A stretch of 64,000 nucleotides of DNA from a virus (Duplodnaviria > Caudoviricetes): the IMG/VR virus record IMGVR_UViG_3300025030_000097, positions 294-64,293 of that record. The stretch is one strand, 5' to 3'. The first letter of the stretch is position 1. The number at the start of each line of letters is the position of its first letter. Under the pieces are notes generated by a model. The model worked only from the letters and a program-made list of their open reading frames with translations. It was not told the origin of the DNA and ran no database searches. The position numbers and the translations under genes were made by a program. Shown here one piece after another: positions 20,797-30,228 of the stretch.

Positions 20797-21202
20797 AATT
20801 AAGAGAGGAGATTTTGTACTAGATACTTACTACAATAGGCTAGGAATTGTTGCTGATGCAGGCATACGCCGCCACAGAGTATACTTCCCTGAAACTGGTA
20901 AATACCAAAATGAGATAGCTACCTACCTGAAATCTTTAAAACGATCTTTCAAAGCTACCTTCGTATCACTTGGTAGAGGTTCGGTAACAGCCATTATAAA
21001 CCAGCCCACAGAAGCCGCTGCTAGGGCTAGAGCTGCTAAGTTGATTGAGAATCCTAGTCTAAGGGATAGCTGTGGGAACAGGCTTGAGGATTTGGGTTGG
21101 ACATACCCTTCATGCGCTGAGGCTAAAGAACTTAGACCGATTCTAGTTCACTTAGAAGACTTAACCCCTATGCTTGAAGAAGGGCTGACTCATTTAACTT
21201 GA
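20789..21202 (+). CDS. Hypothetical protein, paralogue of 17392
   Basis: MREIKRGDFV...GIV...F.A....LG.G. Confidence 0.65.
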   Translation: MREIKRGDFVLDTYYNRLGIVADAGIRRHRVYFPETGKYQNEIATYLKSLKRSFKATFVSLGRGSVTAIINQPTEAAARARAAKLIENPSLRDSCGNRLEDLGWTYPSCAEAKELRPILVHLEDLTPMLEEGLTHLT

Positions 21203-21212
21203 GGAGGTACCT

Positions 21213-21767
21213 ATGGGGCACCACAAAGAGCTACCTGAATCTGTAAAGCAACATGCGGATAGGGTAGGTAGATTGGCCAGACTATCTGCTAGAGCTACTG
21301 GCAAGGATGAACGAGCAGCTTATCTTGCGGGTATTTTTCATGATGACGGGAAAGCTACCTTGCCTCCTGAGTTATTTGACGGCAGGGAGATAACCTTAGA
21401 AGAATACTCGCTAATCAAAGAACACGCTATAAGAGGATACCTTGACCTAAAAGAGAGGATGCCCTTCACCGGACTATGCTCTGGTTTACACCATGAAATG
21501 TCTGTGGTGGAGGGCTACGGAATTACTTTGGAGGATATCCCTAAAGAATTATCTTTCGCAGACCTTAAAAAGATTTTAGATATTGCCACTATAGTTTCTA
21601 TTGCAGATTTCATAGATGCTTACAACACTAGAACAACTTCAATAGGACTTGGTGGTGCTAAAAAATTGGGGCTGAAAGAACTTCTCTGTAAGAGGTATCC
21701 CTCAGAAATACCTTTAGTGACTGTGATGTTGGAATTGAGTGAAGAATTGTACAAACAAACCACCTGA
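21213..21767 (+). CDS. Stand-alone HD-GYP-like phosphohydrolase
   Basis: H..RV, HDDGK, IKEH...G, HHE....EGYG, IVSIAD.IDA. Confidence 0.8.
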   Translation: MGHHKELPESVKQHADRVGRLARLSARATGKDERAAYLAGIFHDDGKATLPPELFDGREITLEEYSLIKEHAIRGYLDLKERMPFTGLCSGLHHEMSVVEGYGITLEDIPKELSFADLKKILDIATIVSIADFIDAYNTRTTSIGLGGAKKLGLKELLCKRYPSEIPLVTVMLELSEELYKQTT

Positions 21768-21788
21768 GAAACCAAAAGGAGAAATAAT

Positions 21789-22607
21789 ATGGATGAGAAT
21801 AGCAAGCAGGGAGGTGAGGTGATTGAGAGTGTGGATCTAGGTAATACCAATTTAGAGCCTAAGCACAGGGAGAATTCATCTAAAGAATTATTTCAAAGAG
21901 ACCCAGCAAGGTATTGGTACATTGAAGGAATGAGAGACGAGATAGAATTACTGTACGAAGAGGCAGCTACTAAATACACTGCGGCGTACACTCAGGCAAT
22001 TAGGGAAGGTAGGTCTTCTGCGTTACCTTATAAATGGGAAGCTATGCGGTGTATAGAATTTGCAGCAATTTACAAAGGTTTGATGGATGAGTGGGCCGCT
22101 ACTAAAAATATTGGCCGGATGATTGACGAGAATCAGCACATGGTTCACTGGTACGATGAGAAATCAGTAGTGCCAAAAGAATTACTTGACGTGTACAAGA
22201 AAAAGGTTCCTGCGGGATTTCTATATAACGTAGTAATATATAACAAAGAAAATAAACAATGCCGGTTTATTCAATCGCTAGATTATCATAAGGACTCTGA
22301 TCCGCTAATGGACAGGGAGTATGTTGCGTATCCTGGAGGTTTTGTTCAGGCAAATGTGTATATCAAAGACCCTGAAGTTATCTTTCACAAGTGGATGTTA
22401 ACCTCAAATAAACTTAACGACACCTACGACTTTAGGAATGCAGTTAAGAGAAGCATTAGACTGAGGTACTTGCAAATGCCTGAAGCACTTAGACAAGAAA
22501 TGCACAAGAGCAGCGTGTATAAAAAGTATGTGGCCCCTGCTATTGGGAATCGTAGTGTGGGTAGTTTGTTCGACGACTTTGTTGCATACAAGGCAGGGTT
22601 AGTATGA
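21789..22607 (+). CDS. Hypothetical protein
   Basis: 272-aa ORF with SD. Confidence 0.7.
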   Translation: MDENSKQGGEVIESVDLGNTNLEPKHRENSSKELFQRDPARYWYIEGMRDEIELLYEEAATKYTAAYTQAIREGRSSALPYKWEAMRCIEFAAIYKGLMDEWAATKNIGRMIDENQHMVHWYDEKSVVPKELLDVYKKKVPAGFLYNVVIYNKENKQCRFIQSLDYHKDSDPLMDREYVAYPGGFVQANVYIKDPEVIFHKWMLTSNKLNDTYDFRNAVKRSIRLRYLQMPEALRQEMHKSSVYKKYVAPAIGNRSVGSLFDDFVAYKAGLV

Positions 22608-22927
22608 AAAAGTACCTTAAAGTTCGCGGAGAGTTGATGTACCCAGACAACAAATTCGTTCGCATGACGGTGCTTAAAAATAGTCATGAAGGGCTGGAGT
22701 TTGGTGGGAATGATCCAGCACTCATGTCTCACGTGTTCAGCTTTAAAAGGGTAAAGTTAAGGGCTATTGCTACGGCAAGATTTAAATTTTCTACCACCGG
22801 AGATAAAAGACCAGTATCTGTAACTCTCGGCAATCCCATAAGCGGCTCTATCCTAATACCTATAGAGTACTGGAAAGAAGTTAAAGAAGCTGTCCTAGCC
22901 TACAACGAATGGGGGAAATTTCAATGA
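22604..22927 (+). CDS. Paralogue family member
   Basis: MKKYLKVRGEL...VLKNSH..EFG...AVLAYNEWG. Confidence 0.85.
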   Translation: MKKYLKVRGELMYPDNKFVRMTVLKNSHEGLEFGGNDPALMSHVFSFKRVKLRAIATARFKFSTTGDKRPVSVTLGNPISGSILIPIEYWKEVKEAVLAYNEWGKFQ

Positions 22928-23439
22928 AACATTTAAAACTGCGTGCTGAATTGGATAAGAAAGATAAGACTTTTTGTTTTGTGGAGGTAGTTGAGCAGAC
23001 ACATAGGAGATTAGACTTTGGAGTTAATTTTAATGGAGCCGGTTCTTTTGTTTGTGGTGAGATTATGTTGTTGTCTTGGCGAGAGCCTGTTTGGTGGGAT
23101 AACCAGTTAGGAGGAACGTACAGACTTTACTTGAGAGGTAGAGACGTGGACTATGACAAACGCAAAGTTAGAGTCCCTACAAACATGTGGCATAAAATAA
23201 AAGCCGCTGTTTTGGCTTACAATGAATTTTATTCTGGCGAGGACGGAGGGAAGAAAGAGGTTAGGGTACAAGAGAAGATTGGAGTGTCTGTTAAAACTAC
23301 CGACGAATGGAAGAGTATAGTACTAGCACAGTATGTGGAGGCGTTAGAGAAAGAAATTATATACGGTAGGCCAGAAATAGTAGGCACCTCCGTGAGCTTA
23401 TTCGGTACTGACTACTTGGTTACAACTAATGGCGACTAA
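22924..23439 (+). CDS. Paralogue family member with C-terminal extension
   Basis: MKHLKLRAEL...VVEQTH..DFG...LYLRG...AVLAYNEFY. Confidence 0.85.
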   Translation: MKHLKLRAELDKKDKTFCFVEVVEQTHRRLDFGVNFNGAGSFVCGEIMLLSWREPVWWDNQLGGTYRLYLRGRDVDYDKRKVRVPTNMWHKIKAAVLAYNEFYSGEDGGKKEVRVQEKIGVSVKTTDEWKSIVLAQYVEALEKEIIYGRPEIVGTSVSLFGTDYLVTTNGD

Positions 23440-23626
23440 AAAACTTATTAGTCTAAGTCTAACAAAAGATGAAATAGCTCTGCTAGATACCCTTGTAACT
23501 ATCGCAGAGAATAGAGCTATAAACCCCAAGCAAGTTAATAGAAGTACAGTTATCCGCGACCTTATGGTAAACTCCATGAGAGAGATACAGAGTACTAAAA
23601 CTTCTCAAGGAGGTAATAATGAGTAA
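23429..23626 (+). CDS. Ribbon-helix-helix (CopG-like) DNA-binding protein
   Basis: ISLSLT..EI..LD......NRS.VIR..M pattern. Confidence 0.65.
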   Translation: MATKKLISLSLTKDEIALLDTLVTIAENRAINPKQVNRSTVIRDLMVNSMREIQSTKTSQGGNNE

Positions 23627-23951
23627 AGAAAATGGAGCAGAAAGGGTGACTGTAACTATCGAAGCACCTCCTAGCTTTTCTGTTGTTGAATATATTGAAT
23701 TGGTAAAACAAGAAGGCTACAAAAATGACTACATGAATTTCAACTTCGACCAGCTTCTTGAAGATTTGCCTAAAGCCATGAAATCGTTCACAAATGACAT
23801 AGTGGCTAAAGCAATACTTTCGCATAGTTATGGAGAGATGCTGGCAAAGCATTTTAGAAATTGGATCAGGGGACAAATGAACCCGGAGCTTGAGTACGCC
23901 TGTGGTGGGGCTAGTATTGGAGAAGACGAGGAGGGACTTGCTGAATGCTAA
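23619..23951 (+). CDS. Hypothetical protein
   Basis: GGAGG SD, coupled ORF. Confidence 0.6.
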   Translation: MSKENGAERVTVTIEAPPSFSVVEYIELVKQEGYKNDYMNFNFDQLLEDLPKAMKSFTNDIVAKAILSHSYGEMLAKHFRNWIRGQMNPELEYACGGASIGEDEEGLAEC

Positions 23952-24553
23952 AAGTAGAAAACATCGGAGTGTTTAATATTGAAGGTGCTTTCAGGGGTAT
24001 GAGAAATCCTTTGGAAAGTTGGGACAAATCAGACAACGGAGGCCCAAAAGATTTAGCTCTGGCAAAGAAACTAGTAGCTGCTGGAACGGACCATAGTAAA
24101 TTCATGCGGCAGATTTTTGTAAGTATGGATATCACCGCTCCGATGAGTTTTTGGTGGGATTTGGACACTTACAAGGTCAGCACTGTCAGAAACAGCACCA
24201 GCCGGATGCACAAGCTAGGTTCCAGACTTTTAACTGCTGAGGATTTTAGTTGGGATAACGAGGAAGGTATTGTAGAGCTAACCCCATACAGAGAATCTTT
24301 TCTAAGGGAAATAAATACCCGTATAACAGTTTGGCAGGAAACTAAGGATAAGAATCTTTGGAGGCAGATAGTTCTTGACTTACCCGCTAGTTACAATTTT
24401 CTAAGTTCTTGGACAGGTAACTATCAGGTACTAAGAGCACTATATCATGCTCGTAAGAACCATAAGCAAAGAGAATTCAGAGAGTTATGTGGCGAGGTAA
24501 TTGCTAAAATGCCTTACAGTGAACTTATTACTTTAGAGAAGGAGACTAAATGA
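23945..24553 (+). CDS. Divergent ThyX-like (flavin-dependent thymidylate synthase fold) phage protein
   Basis: GMRNP..SW, H.KFMRQI.V..DI.AP..W...DTYK, S.MH, LP.SY, NY..LR..Y..R..H. Confidence 0.55.
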   Translation: MLKVENIGVFNIEGAFRGMRNPLESWDKSDNGGPKDLALAKKLVAAGTDHSKFMRQIFVSMDITAPMSFWWDLDTYKVSTVRNSTSRMHKLGSRLLTAEDFSWDNEEGIVELTPYRESFLREINTRITVWQETKDKNLWRQIVLDLPASYNFLSSWTGNYQVLRALYHARKNHKQREFRELCGEVIAKMPYSELITLEKETK

Positions 24554-25908
24554 AAGAATTTCAAGTGTTTAAAGATATTCAAAATACTACCTCCAAAAAA
24601 GCAAAAGAAGCTATCTTATACTATAGCGATTCAGAAACTCTTAGAAAGATGCTTCTGTACTGCTACTCCCCTCTTCTCACGTACAGAGTTAAGCAGATTG
24701 ATTTTCCAGATAAGTACAATACCGTTCAACCAGACATTTCTGACGAACTGTTCCAACTACTTGATCTATTAGCTTCACACACTGTAGGGACAAATGACGC
24801 TAAAGCTATGATTAAAAGACTATTAGCTAAATGTACGGAAGATGGTGCTAATTGGGTTTGTAAGATAATTAGCAAAGACCTTAAGATAGGAATTTCTGAG
24901 TCAACCATCAACAAAGCCTTTCCTGACCTTGTGCCTACTTTTAAGGTTCAATTAGCACTTCCAATGACTGAGCCTAAGTCTGGGGAAACTAGGTGGGACA
25001 CAATTACCTACCATAACTCTTGGATTCAGGAAGTCAAGCTGGACGCGCTTAGGTGTGTTGCTTTGTGCGACGGTGAAAAAGTTATATTTAGTAGCCGTGA
25101 AGGGTTTGAATTTGAGTCTTTAGATTTCTTGGCTAGTGAAGTTCTGAAGTTAGCTCAAGGTCGCGCTATAGTTTTAGATGGTGAAATTGTAGCGACTACT
25201 TACAATCCAAACTGTAAGGTAGCTAAAAAGAACTTTGAAGCAGGAACTAAGTGGGTATTTCCTCAATCTAGTAGCATGGTCCGCTCAAGTAAAGGTTCAT
25301 ATTCTGACGAGGAAATGAAAAAATGCCTTACCTACGTAGTTTGGGATGTTGTTAGTTACGACTACTTTCTGAGTCAAGGGAAAGAAGGAAATTGCAAACC
25401 CCTGAGGTATCGTAAAACTGAACTGGCAGGAATGTTTGAGGCAGCTTCTGAGCTTTCTAACATCAAGAGAATTACTAGCAGACCTGTAGAATCTAAGGAA
25501 GGAGCTGTAGAATATCATAAAGAAATGATTGACCAAGACGAAGAAGGCACGATGCTGAAAGAACTCGATGCCGTATATGAGTTTAAAAGATCACCTACTG
25601 TGTTGAAATTAAAAGACTTTTTTACAAGTGACCTGAGAATCATAGGAGCAGTAGAAGGTACTAAAGGTTCTAAGTATGAAATGTCTTTGGGCACTTTGGT
25701 AGTCAGTGATGATGCAGACTTGGTTAGTGAGGTAGGCACTGGAATTGATGATGATCTTAGGCTAAACATGTGGTTCAGGCATAAACGAGGAGAACTTGTT
25801 GGGGGAATTGTTGAAGTAATTTTTCAGGAACGTACGGCAGATAATAGTTTGAGACTCCCTGTGTTTGTTAGAGAAAGGCCGGACAAGACCTCGGTTTCCT
25901 GGGGTTGA
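24550..25908 (+). CDS. lig: ATP-dependent DNA ligase
   Basis: EVKLDALR (motif I), SREG, LDGEI, VWD, EEGTMLK, KRS..LKLK, OB domain VGTG...LRLPVF..ERPDK. Confidence 0.9.
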   Translation: MKEFQVFKDIQNTTSKKAKEAILYYSDSETLRKMLLYCYSPLLTYRVKQIDFPDKYNTVQPDISDELFQLLDLLASHTVGTNDAKAMIKRLLAKCTEDGANWVCKIISKDLKIGISESTINKAFPDLVPTFKVQLALPMTEPKSGETRWDTITYHNSWIQEVKLDALRCVALCDGEKVIFSSREGFEFESLDFLASEVLKLAQGRAIVLDGEIVATTYNPNCKVAKKNFEAGTKWVFPQSSSMVRSSKGSYSDEEMKKCLTYVVWDVVSYDYFLSQGKEGNCKPLRYRKTELAGMFEAASELSNIKRITSRPVESKEGAVEYHKEMIDQDEEGTMLKELDAVYEFKRSPTVLKLKDFFTSDLRIIGAVEGTKGSKYEMSLGTLVVSDDADLVSEVGTGIDDDLRLNMWFRHKRGELVGGIVEVIFQERTADNSLRLPVFVRERPDKTSVSWG

Positions 25909-25929
25909 TGAGGTAGCTAAACAGTTAAA

Positions 25930-25943
25930 TAGGTAATTACCTA
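25930..25943. repeat. Palindrome copy 9 (TAGGTAATTACCTA)
   Basis: Directly before the SD of the prs-like gene. Confidence 0.95.
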
Positions 25944-25957
25944 AAAAGGAGAACTAA

Positions 25958-26758
25958 ATGATCTTTATAGACGGGAAGTTAGTACAATTCGGAATGTTTC
26001 CTAATAAGGAATCTAACCTGAACTTTAACAACGTAGGATTCCACACACACAGCGTTATCACCTTAAAGTTTGAAAGTGACCTAGACCTGTTCAATCTCTA
26101 CATCCTTAAGAGCTACATGGACGAAAACGGCTGTAGAAGTCCGTACCTAAAAATACTTTACATGCCTTACAGCAGGATGGATAGGAGGAATGAATTCTAT
26201 ACCTTCAATCTAAAGTATGTAAGCAATTTTATCAACAGTATGAACTTTGCACAGGTAGAGATATTTGACGCACACTCAGACGTTACTTCTGCGTTGGTTG
26301 ATAGGTGCATTGACAGAAGTAATATTCCATATCTGTTTTCTAAATTTCAGAAAGAAGTTGGCACTGAAAATACGGTTATTATGTATCCCGACGCTGGTGC
26401 CCAGAAAAGGTACGAAAGGCACTTTGCATATCCCTCTGTAGTTGGCAAGAAAGTTAGGAGCTTCGGAGACGGGAAGATTTTATCCTATGAAATTGCCGGA
26501 GACGCTGCTGGCAAAAATGTTGTTATTGTGGATGATCTATGCTCTAGAGGCGGTACTTTCATGGGCGCGGCAAGTGCTTTGAAAGATGTAGGAGCAAAAG
26601 ATTTGTATCTCATTGTAAGCCACTGTGAGAACACAATTTTAGAAGGTGATGTACTGAGTTCTGGTCTGTTCAAAAAAGTTTACACAACAAACAGTATAAT
26701 CTCTGAGTCCAAAGCTACTGACTCTTTCGCTATCCTTAACATTTATGGAGGTAAATAA
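25958..26758 (+). CDS. prs: Ribose-phosphate pyrophosphokinase-like (Adps-like)
   Basis: FPNKE, YMPYSRMDR, DAHS, PDAGA, IVDDLCSRGGTF. Confidence 0.88.
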   Translation: MIFIDGKLVQFGMFPNKESNLNFNNVGFHTHSVITLKFESDLDLFNLYILKSYMDENGCRSPYLKILYMPYSRMDRRNEFYTFNLKYVSNFINSMNFAQVEIFDAHSDVTSALVDRCIDRSNIPYLFSKFQKEVGTENTVIMYPDAGAQKRYERHFAYPSVVGKKVRSFGDGKILSYEIAGDAAGKNVVIVDDLCSRGGTFMGAASALKDVGAKDLYLIVSHCENTILEGDVLSSGLFKKVYTTNSIISESKATDSFAILNIYGGK

Positions 26759-26760
26759 CT

Positions 26761-28377
26761 ATGAAAACTAATTTTAAAGTTCCTGCTACGTTGATCTGTG
26801 ATTTCTACAAAATTTCTCACAGAGCACAATACCCAGTTAAAACTGAAAAGGTCTATAGCACATGGATTCCTAGGACCAGCAGAATTACTTTCGTAGACAA
26901 AGTTGCTGCCTTTGGGTTCCAGGCATTCATCAAAAAGTATCTTATCGAATACTTTAACGACAACTTCTTCAGCCGCCCTTTGGAGGATGTGGTAGACGAG
27001 TATAGCAGGGTAGTTAAGTACTGCCTCGGAGATAATAATCCAGACACCTCTCACATTGAAGCACTTCACTCTTTAGGTTATCTTCCGATTCTTATTAAAG
27101 CAGTTCCTGAAGGCACTTTAGTTCCTGTTCGGGTGCCTATGCTGACCATTGAAAATACCCACGAAGACTTTGGGTGGCTTACCAACTACCTAGAGACTAT
27201 CGCTTCCTGTGAACTTTGGCAGAGTGCTACGAGTGCAACCCTAGCTCTTGAGTACAGGAAAATTTTGGATAAGTATGCCACGTTGACCTCTGACATTCCT
27301 GAGTTTGTTGACTTCCAAGGGCACGATTTCTCTATGCGAGGGATGAGTTCTTTGGAGTCTGCTATAACTTCTGGTATGGGGCATTTGCTGTCTTTTGCAG
27401 GAACCGACACAATCCCTGCTATTTTGGGACTTGAAAATTACTACAACGCTAATATTGAAAATGAACTTGTGGGTTGTTCAGTCCCGGCGACCGAACACAG
27501 CATAGCTTCATGTGGCGGTTCTAGTTCTTTAGAAGAGGAAGCTACTTTTAGGCGTTTGATTACAGAAGTCCACCCTTCGGGTATCGTCTCTTTGGTTTCT
27601 GATACATGGGACCTTTGGAATGTCCTTACAAATATCCTGCCGAATCTTAAAGAAGTTATTAATGCTAGAGACGGCAAAGTAGTTATCCGACCTGACTCTG
27701 GTGATCCTGTAGATATCATTTGTGGTGTGTCTTACTCTGAGGTTTTTGACTTGGATGACGATAGCCTGATGGGTTCTCCTGATCGCGTTGTTAAATGTCT
27801 GGAAGATGGAAAATTTTATAAGATAACTTCCTACGATACTGGTTGGACTACTAAATTTGAATGTAAAGAAATTTCTGAGGCTTCTGTGAAGGGGGTCGTA
27901 GAACTGCTTTATGAAACCTTCGGAGGGACTGTTAATAGCAAAGGGTTTATCCAATTAAGTGATAAAGTGGGGGCTATTTACGGAGACTCTATCACACTTG
28001 AGAGGGCAGAAAATATTTGTAATCGTCTCATGGATAAAGGATTTGCCTCTACCAACATTGTGCTAGGCATTGGGTCGTACACTTACCAGTATAACACTAG
28101 GGACACTTTCGGGTTCGCTATGAAAGCTACTCATTGTGTTATTAATGGAGTTGAGAAAAATATATTTAAAGATCCGATCACAGATGATGGAACTAAAAAA
28201 TCTCTTACTGGACGTTGTGTTGTACGAAACATTGACGGAGTGTTGGTAGCTACTGATGGTCTGTCTGAATTAGAAGAATACGCGGCGCTTGATAACGTGC
28301 TTCAGCCTATTTTCTGCAACGGAGTTTTGTTGGTAGAAACTTCACTTAAAGAAATCAGAGAGCGAATCAAACAATGA
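26761..28377 (+). CDS. nadV: Nicotinamide phosphoribosyltransferase-like (Namat-like)
   Basis: DFYK.SH..QYP, HDFSMRG, GTD, PATEHS, VSDTWD, IRPDSGDP, IYGDSIT, TRDTFGFAMK, KDP.TD..KKS. Confidence 0.92.
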   Translation: MKTNFKVPATLICDFYKISHRAQYPVKTEKVYSTWIPRTSRITFVDKVAAFGFQAFIKKYLIEYFNDNFFSRPLEDVVDEYSRVVKYCLGDNNPDTSHIEALHSLGYLPILIKAVPEGTLVPVRVPMLTIENTHEDFGWLTNYLETIASCELWQSATSATLALEYRKILDKYATLTSDIPEFVDFQGHDFSMRGMSSLESAITSGMGHLLSFAGTDTIPAILGLENYYNANIENELVGCSVPATEHSIASCGGSSSLEEEATFRRLITEVHPSGIVSLVSDTWDLWNVLTNILPNLKEVINARDGKVVIRPDSGDPVDIICGVSYSEVFDLDDDSLMGSPDRVVKCLEDGKFYKITSYDTGWTTKFECKEISEASVKGVVELLYETFGGTVNSKGFIQLSDKVGAIYGDSITLERAENICNRLMDKGFASTNIVLGIGSYTYQYNTRDTFGFAMKATHCVINGVEKNIFKDPITDDGTKKSLTGRCVVRNIDGVLVATDGLSELEEYAALDNVLQPIFCNGVLLVETSLKEIRERIKQ

Positions 28378-28389
28378 GGAGGTGGTACA

Positions 28390-28764
28390 ATGAAGCACCT
28401 TAAAATACGGGCAGAGTACAGACCTGCCACAAAAGACGTAGAAGTGACTTTACTAGAGCAGTCACATTTCGGTAATGATTTCGGTAGGATAGAAGATGCT
28501 TTTACGAGGAATCTCGGGGAACCTTGCGTATTTAAGCACGAAGGAGTAGCAATTTATAGCCATACCGCTTATAATACACACCAAACATATTTTTTCAAAA
28601 ATAAGTATCCAGACCCAATTAATAAAATAACCACTTGGCTTTGCATAGGAGCTAGTGCCTCAAAGTTTGAACGAACCAAAGTAGAAAACTCTGTGCCGAT
28701 TGGTGAATGGGCAGCCTTGAAAGCAGCTATTGAAGCCTACAACGAATGGGGAGCTAACCAATGA
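28390..28764 (+). CDS. Paralogue family member
   Basis: MKHLKIRAEY...LLEQSH..DFG...AIEAYNEWGANQ. Confidence 0.85.
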   Translation: MKHLKIRAEYRPATKDVEVTLLEQSHFGNDFGRIEDAFTRNLGEPCVFKHEGVAIYSHTAYNTHQTYFFKNKYPDPINKITTWLCIGASASKFERTKVENSVPIGEWAALKAAIEAYNEWGANQ

Positions 28765-29108
28765 AACATTTAAAAATTAGAGCGGAGCTTGTAGGTTTTA
28801 AAAGAGACCTGGTGAAAATAACCATTCTAGAACAGACCCACTTCTTTAAAGAATTTGGTAATGTTACAGACAAAATGGCAGGTTCTGCTTTTATTCACGG
28901 AGAAGGGCTTTTGCACAGTGATGGAGAAGAGCCAGCATACAGCGGTAAGAACATATCCGTCCATGACAGTAACTACTATTACTGGCTTTTTGTTAACGGT
29001 CAAACACACCACAAAGGCGATGTTGGTGAACCTATAACACTAGAGACTTGGGCAGTACTGAAAGAAACTGTGAAGGCTTACAACGAATGGGGAGCTAATC
29101 AACCTTAG
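28761..29108 (+). CDS. Paralogue family member
   Basis: MKHLKIRAEL...ILEQTH..EFG...TVKAYNEWGANQP. Confidence 0.85.
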   Translation: MKHLKIRAELVGFKRDLVKITILEQTHFFKEFGNVTDKMAGSAFIHGEGLLHSDGEEPAYSGKNISVHDSNYYYWLFVNGQTHHKGDVGEPITLETWAVLKETVKAYNEWGANQP

Positions 29109-29121
29109 AGGAGAAACTACT

Positions 29122-30225
29122 ATGTCGATTTTAGATAAATTTGCTTCACTTATCCCGCTTGAAGATGTAGAAGAGGGCGCTAAACAACAGATTTACAACA
29201 TCCTGAAACTTGATTGTTTAAAGAAACTTGCATTGATGCCAGATGCCCACCAAGGTTATGATATGCCCATTGGCGGGGTGGCTTTGCTGGATGGATTTAT
29301 CTCAGCTAGCTTTGTCGGACTTGATTTGGGCTGCGGCGTATGCCATATAGCTACTGAAGAAGGTGCAGAAGACTACTCAAAAGATGATTTACAACACATT
29401 TACAAGACTATCCACAAGACTATACCGACAGGATTTTCTTCACATTATCACTCTAAAGATTATCTTCCTAAGTTCAAGTCTGCGGTTCTTGATAAACAGA
29501 CCACCGACAGAATAGCCGAGAAGGTTGACTTTCAGTTAGGAACGTTAGGCGGTGGGAACCACTTCATAGAAATCGGAAGTAACAGAAAAGGCAACCTAGC
29601 AGTAACTATCCACTCTGGTTCTAGGAATGTGGGGCATACTATCGGCGGGGCTTATATGAAGATGGGCCGTATGTTTGAACTTTCTTCGGAACTAGGTCAA
29701 TCCTACCTGAGAGATATGAACTACGCTCTTGACTGGGCTTTGGAAAACAGAATGCAAATGATGCGGAAGGTTTTAGAAGCTGTTGGGATTAGTAATAAAA
29801 ATATAACGGTAGTTTTGAAGGACGTTATAAATGAGAACCACAACCACGCTGTAGTTACTTCTGAAGGTGTTTTGCATCGTAAGGGAGCTACTCCTGCTGA
29901 TTTGGGCCAACTTGGTATTATTCCAGCTAACATGAGAGACGGAGTTTATATTACTAGAGGTTTAGGTAATACCGAATTTTTGTCATCAGCTAGTCACGGT
30001 TGCGGAAGACTTATGGGAAGGAACGTAGCTAAGAAATCTCTAGACTACGATGAATTCGTAACTCAGATGGAAGGTATTGTATGTTCTACTGACAGAAGCA
30101 TTTTAGATGAGGCTCCAAATGCCTATAAAGATGTTAACTATGTGCTTGATGCTCAAGTCGGTAGAACTGTAGAAGTTGTTGATTTCATTAAGCCTTTGCT
30201 AAATATTAAAGCAGGAGGAGACTAA
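29122..30225 (+). CDS. rtcB: RtcB RNA ligase
   Basis: MPDAH, PIG, DLGCG, GTLGGGNHFIE, HSGSR, NHNH, HRKGAT, SHGCGR, DEAPNAYK. Confidence 0.93.
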   Translation: MSILDKFASLIPLEDVEEGAKQQIYNILKLDCLKKLALMPDAHQGYDMPIGGVALLDGFISASFVGLDLGCGVCHIATEEGAEDYSKDDLQHIYKTIHKTIPTGFSSHYHSKDYLPKFKSAVLDKQTTDRIAEKVDFQLGTLGGGNHFIEIGSNRKGNLAVTIHSGSRNVGHTIGGAYMKMGRMFELSSELGQSYLRDMNYALDWALENRMQMMRKVLEAVGISNKNITVVLKDVINENHNHAVVTSEGVLHRKGATPADLGQLGIIPANMRDGVYITRGLGNTEFLSSASHGCGRLMGRNVAKKSLDYDEFVTQMEGIVCSTDRSILDEAPNAYKDVNYVLDAQVGRTVEVVDFIKPLLNIKAGGD

Positions 30226-30228
30226 CCA

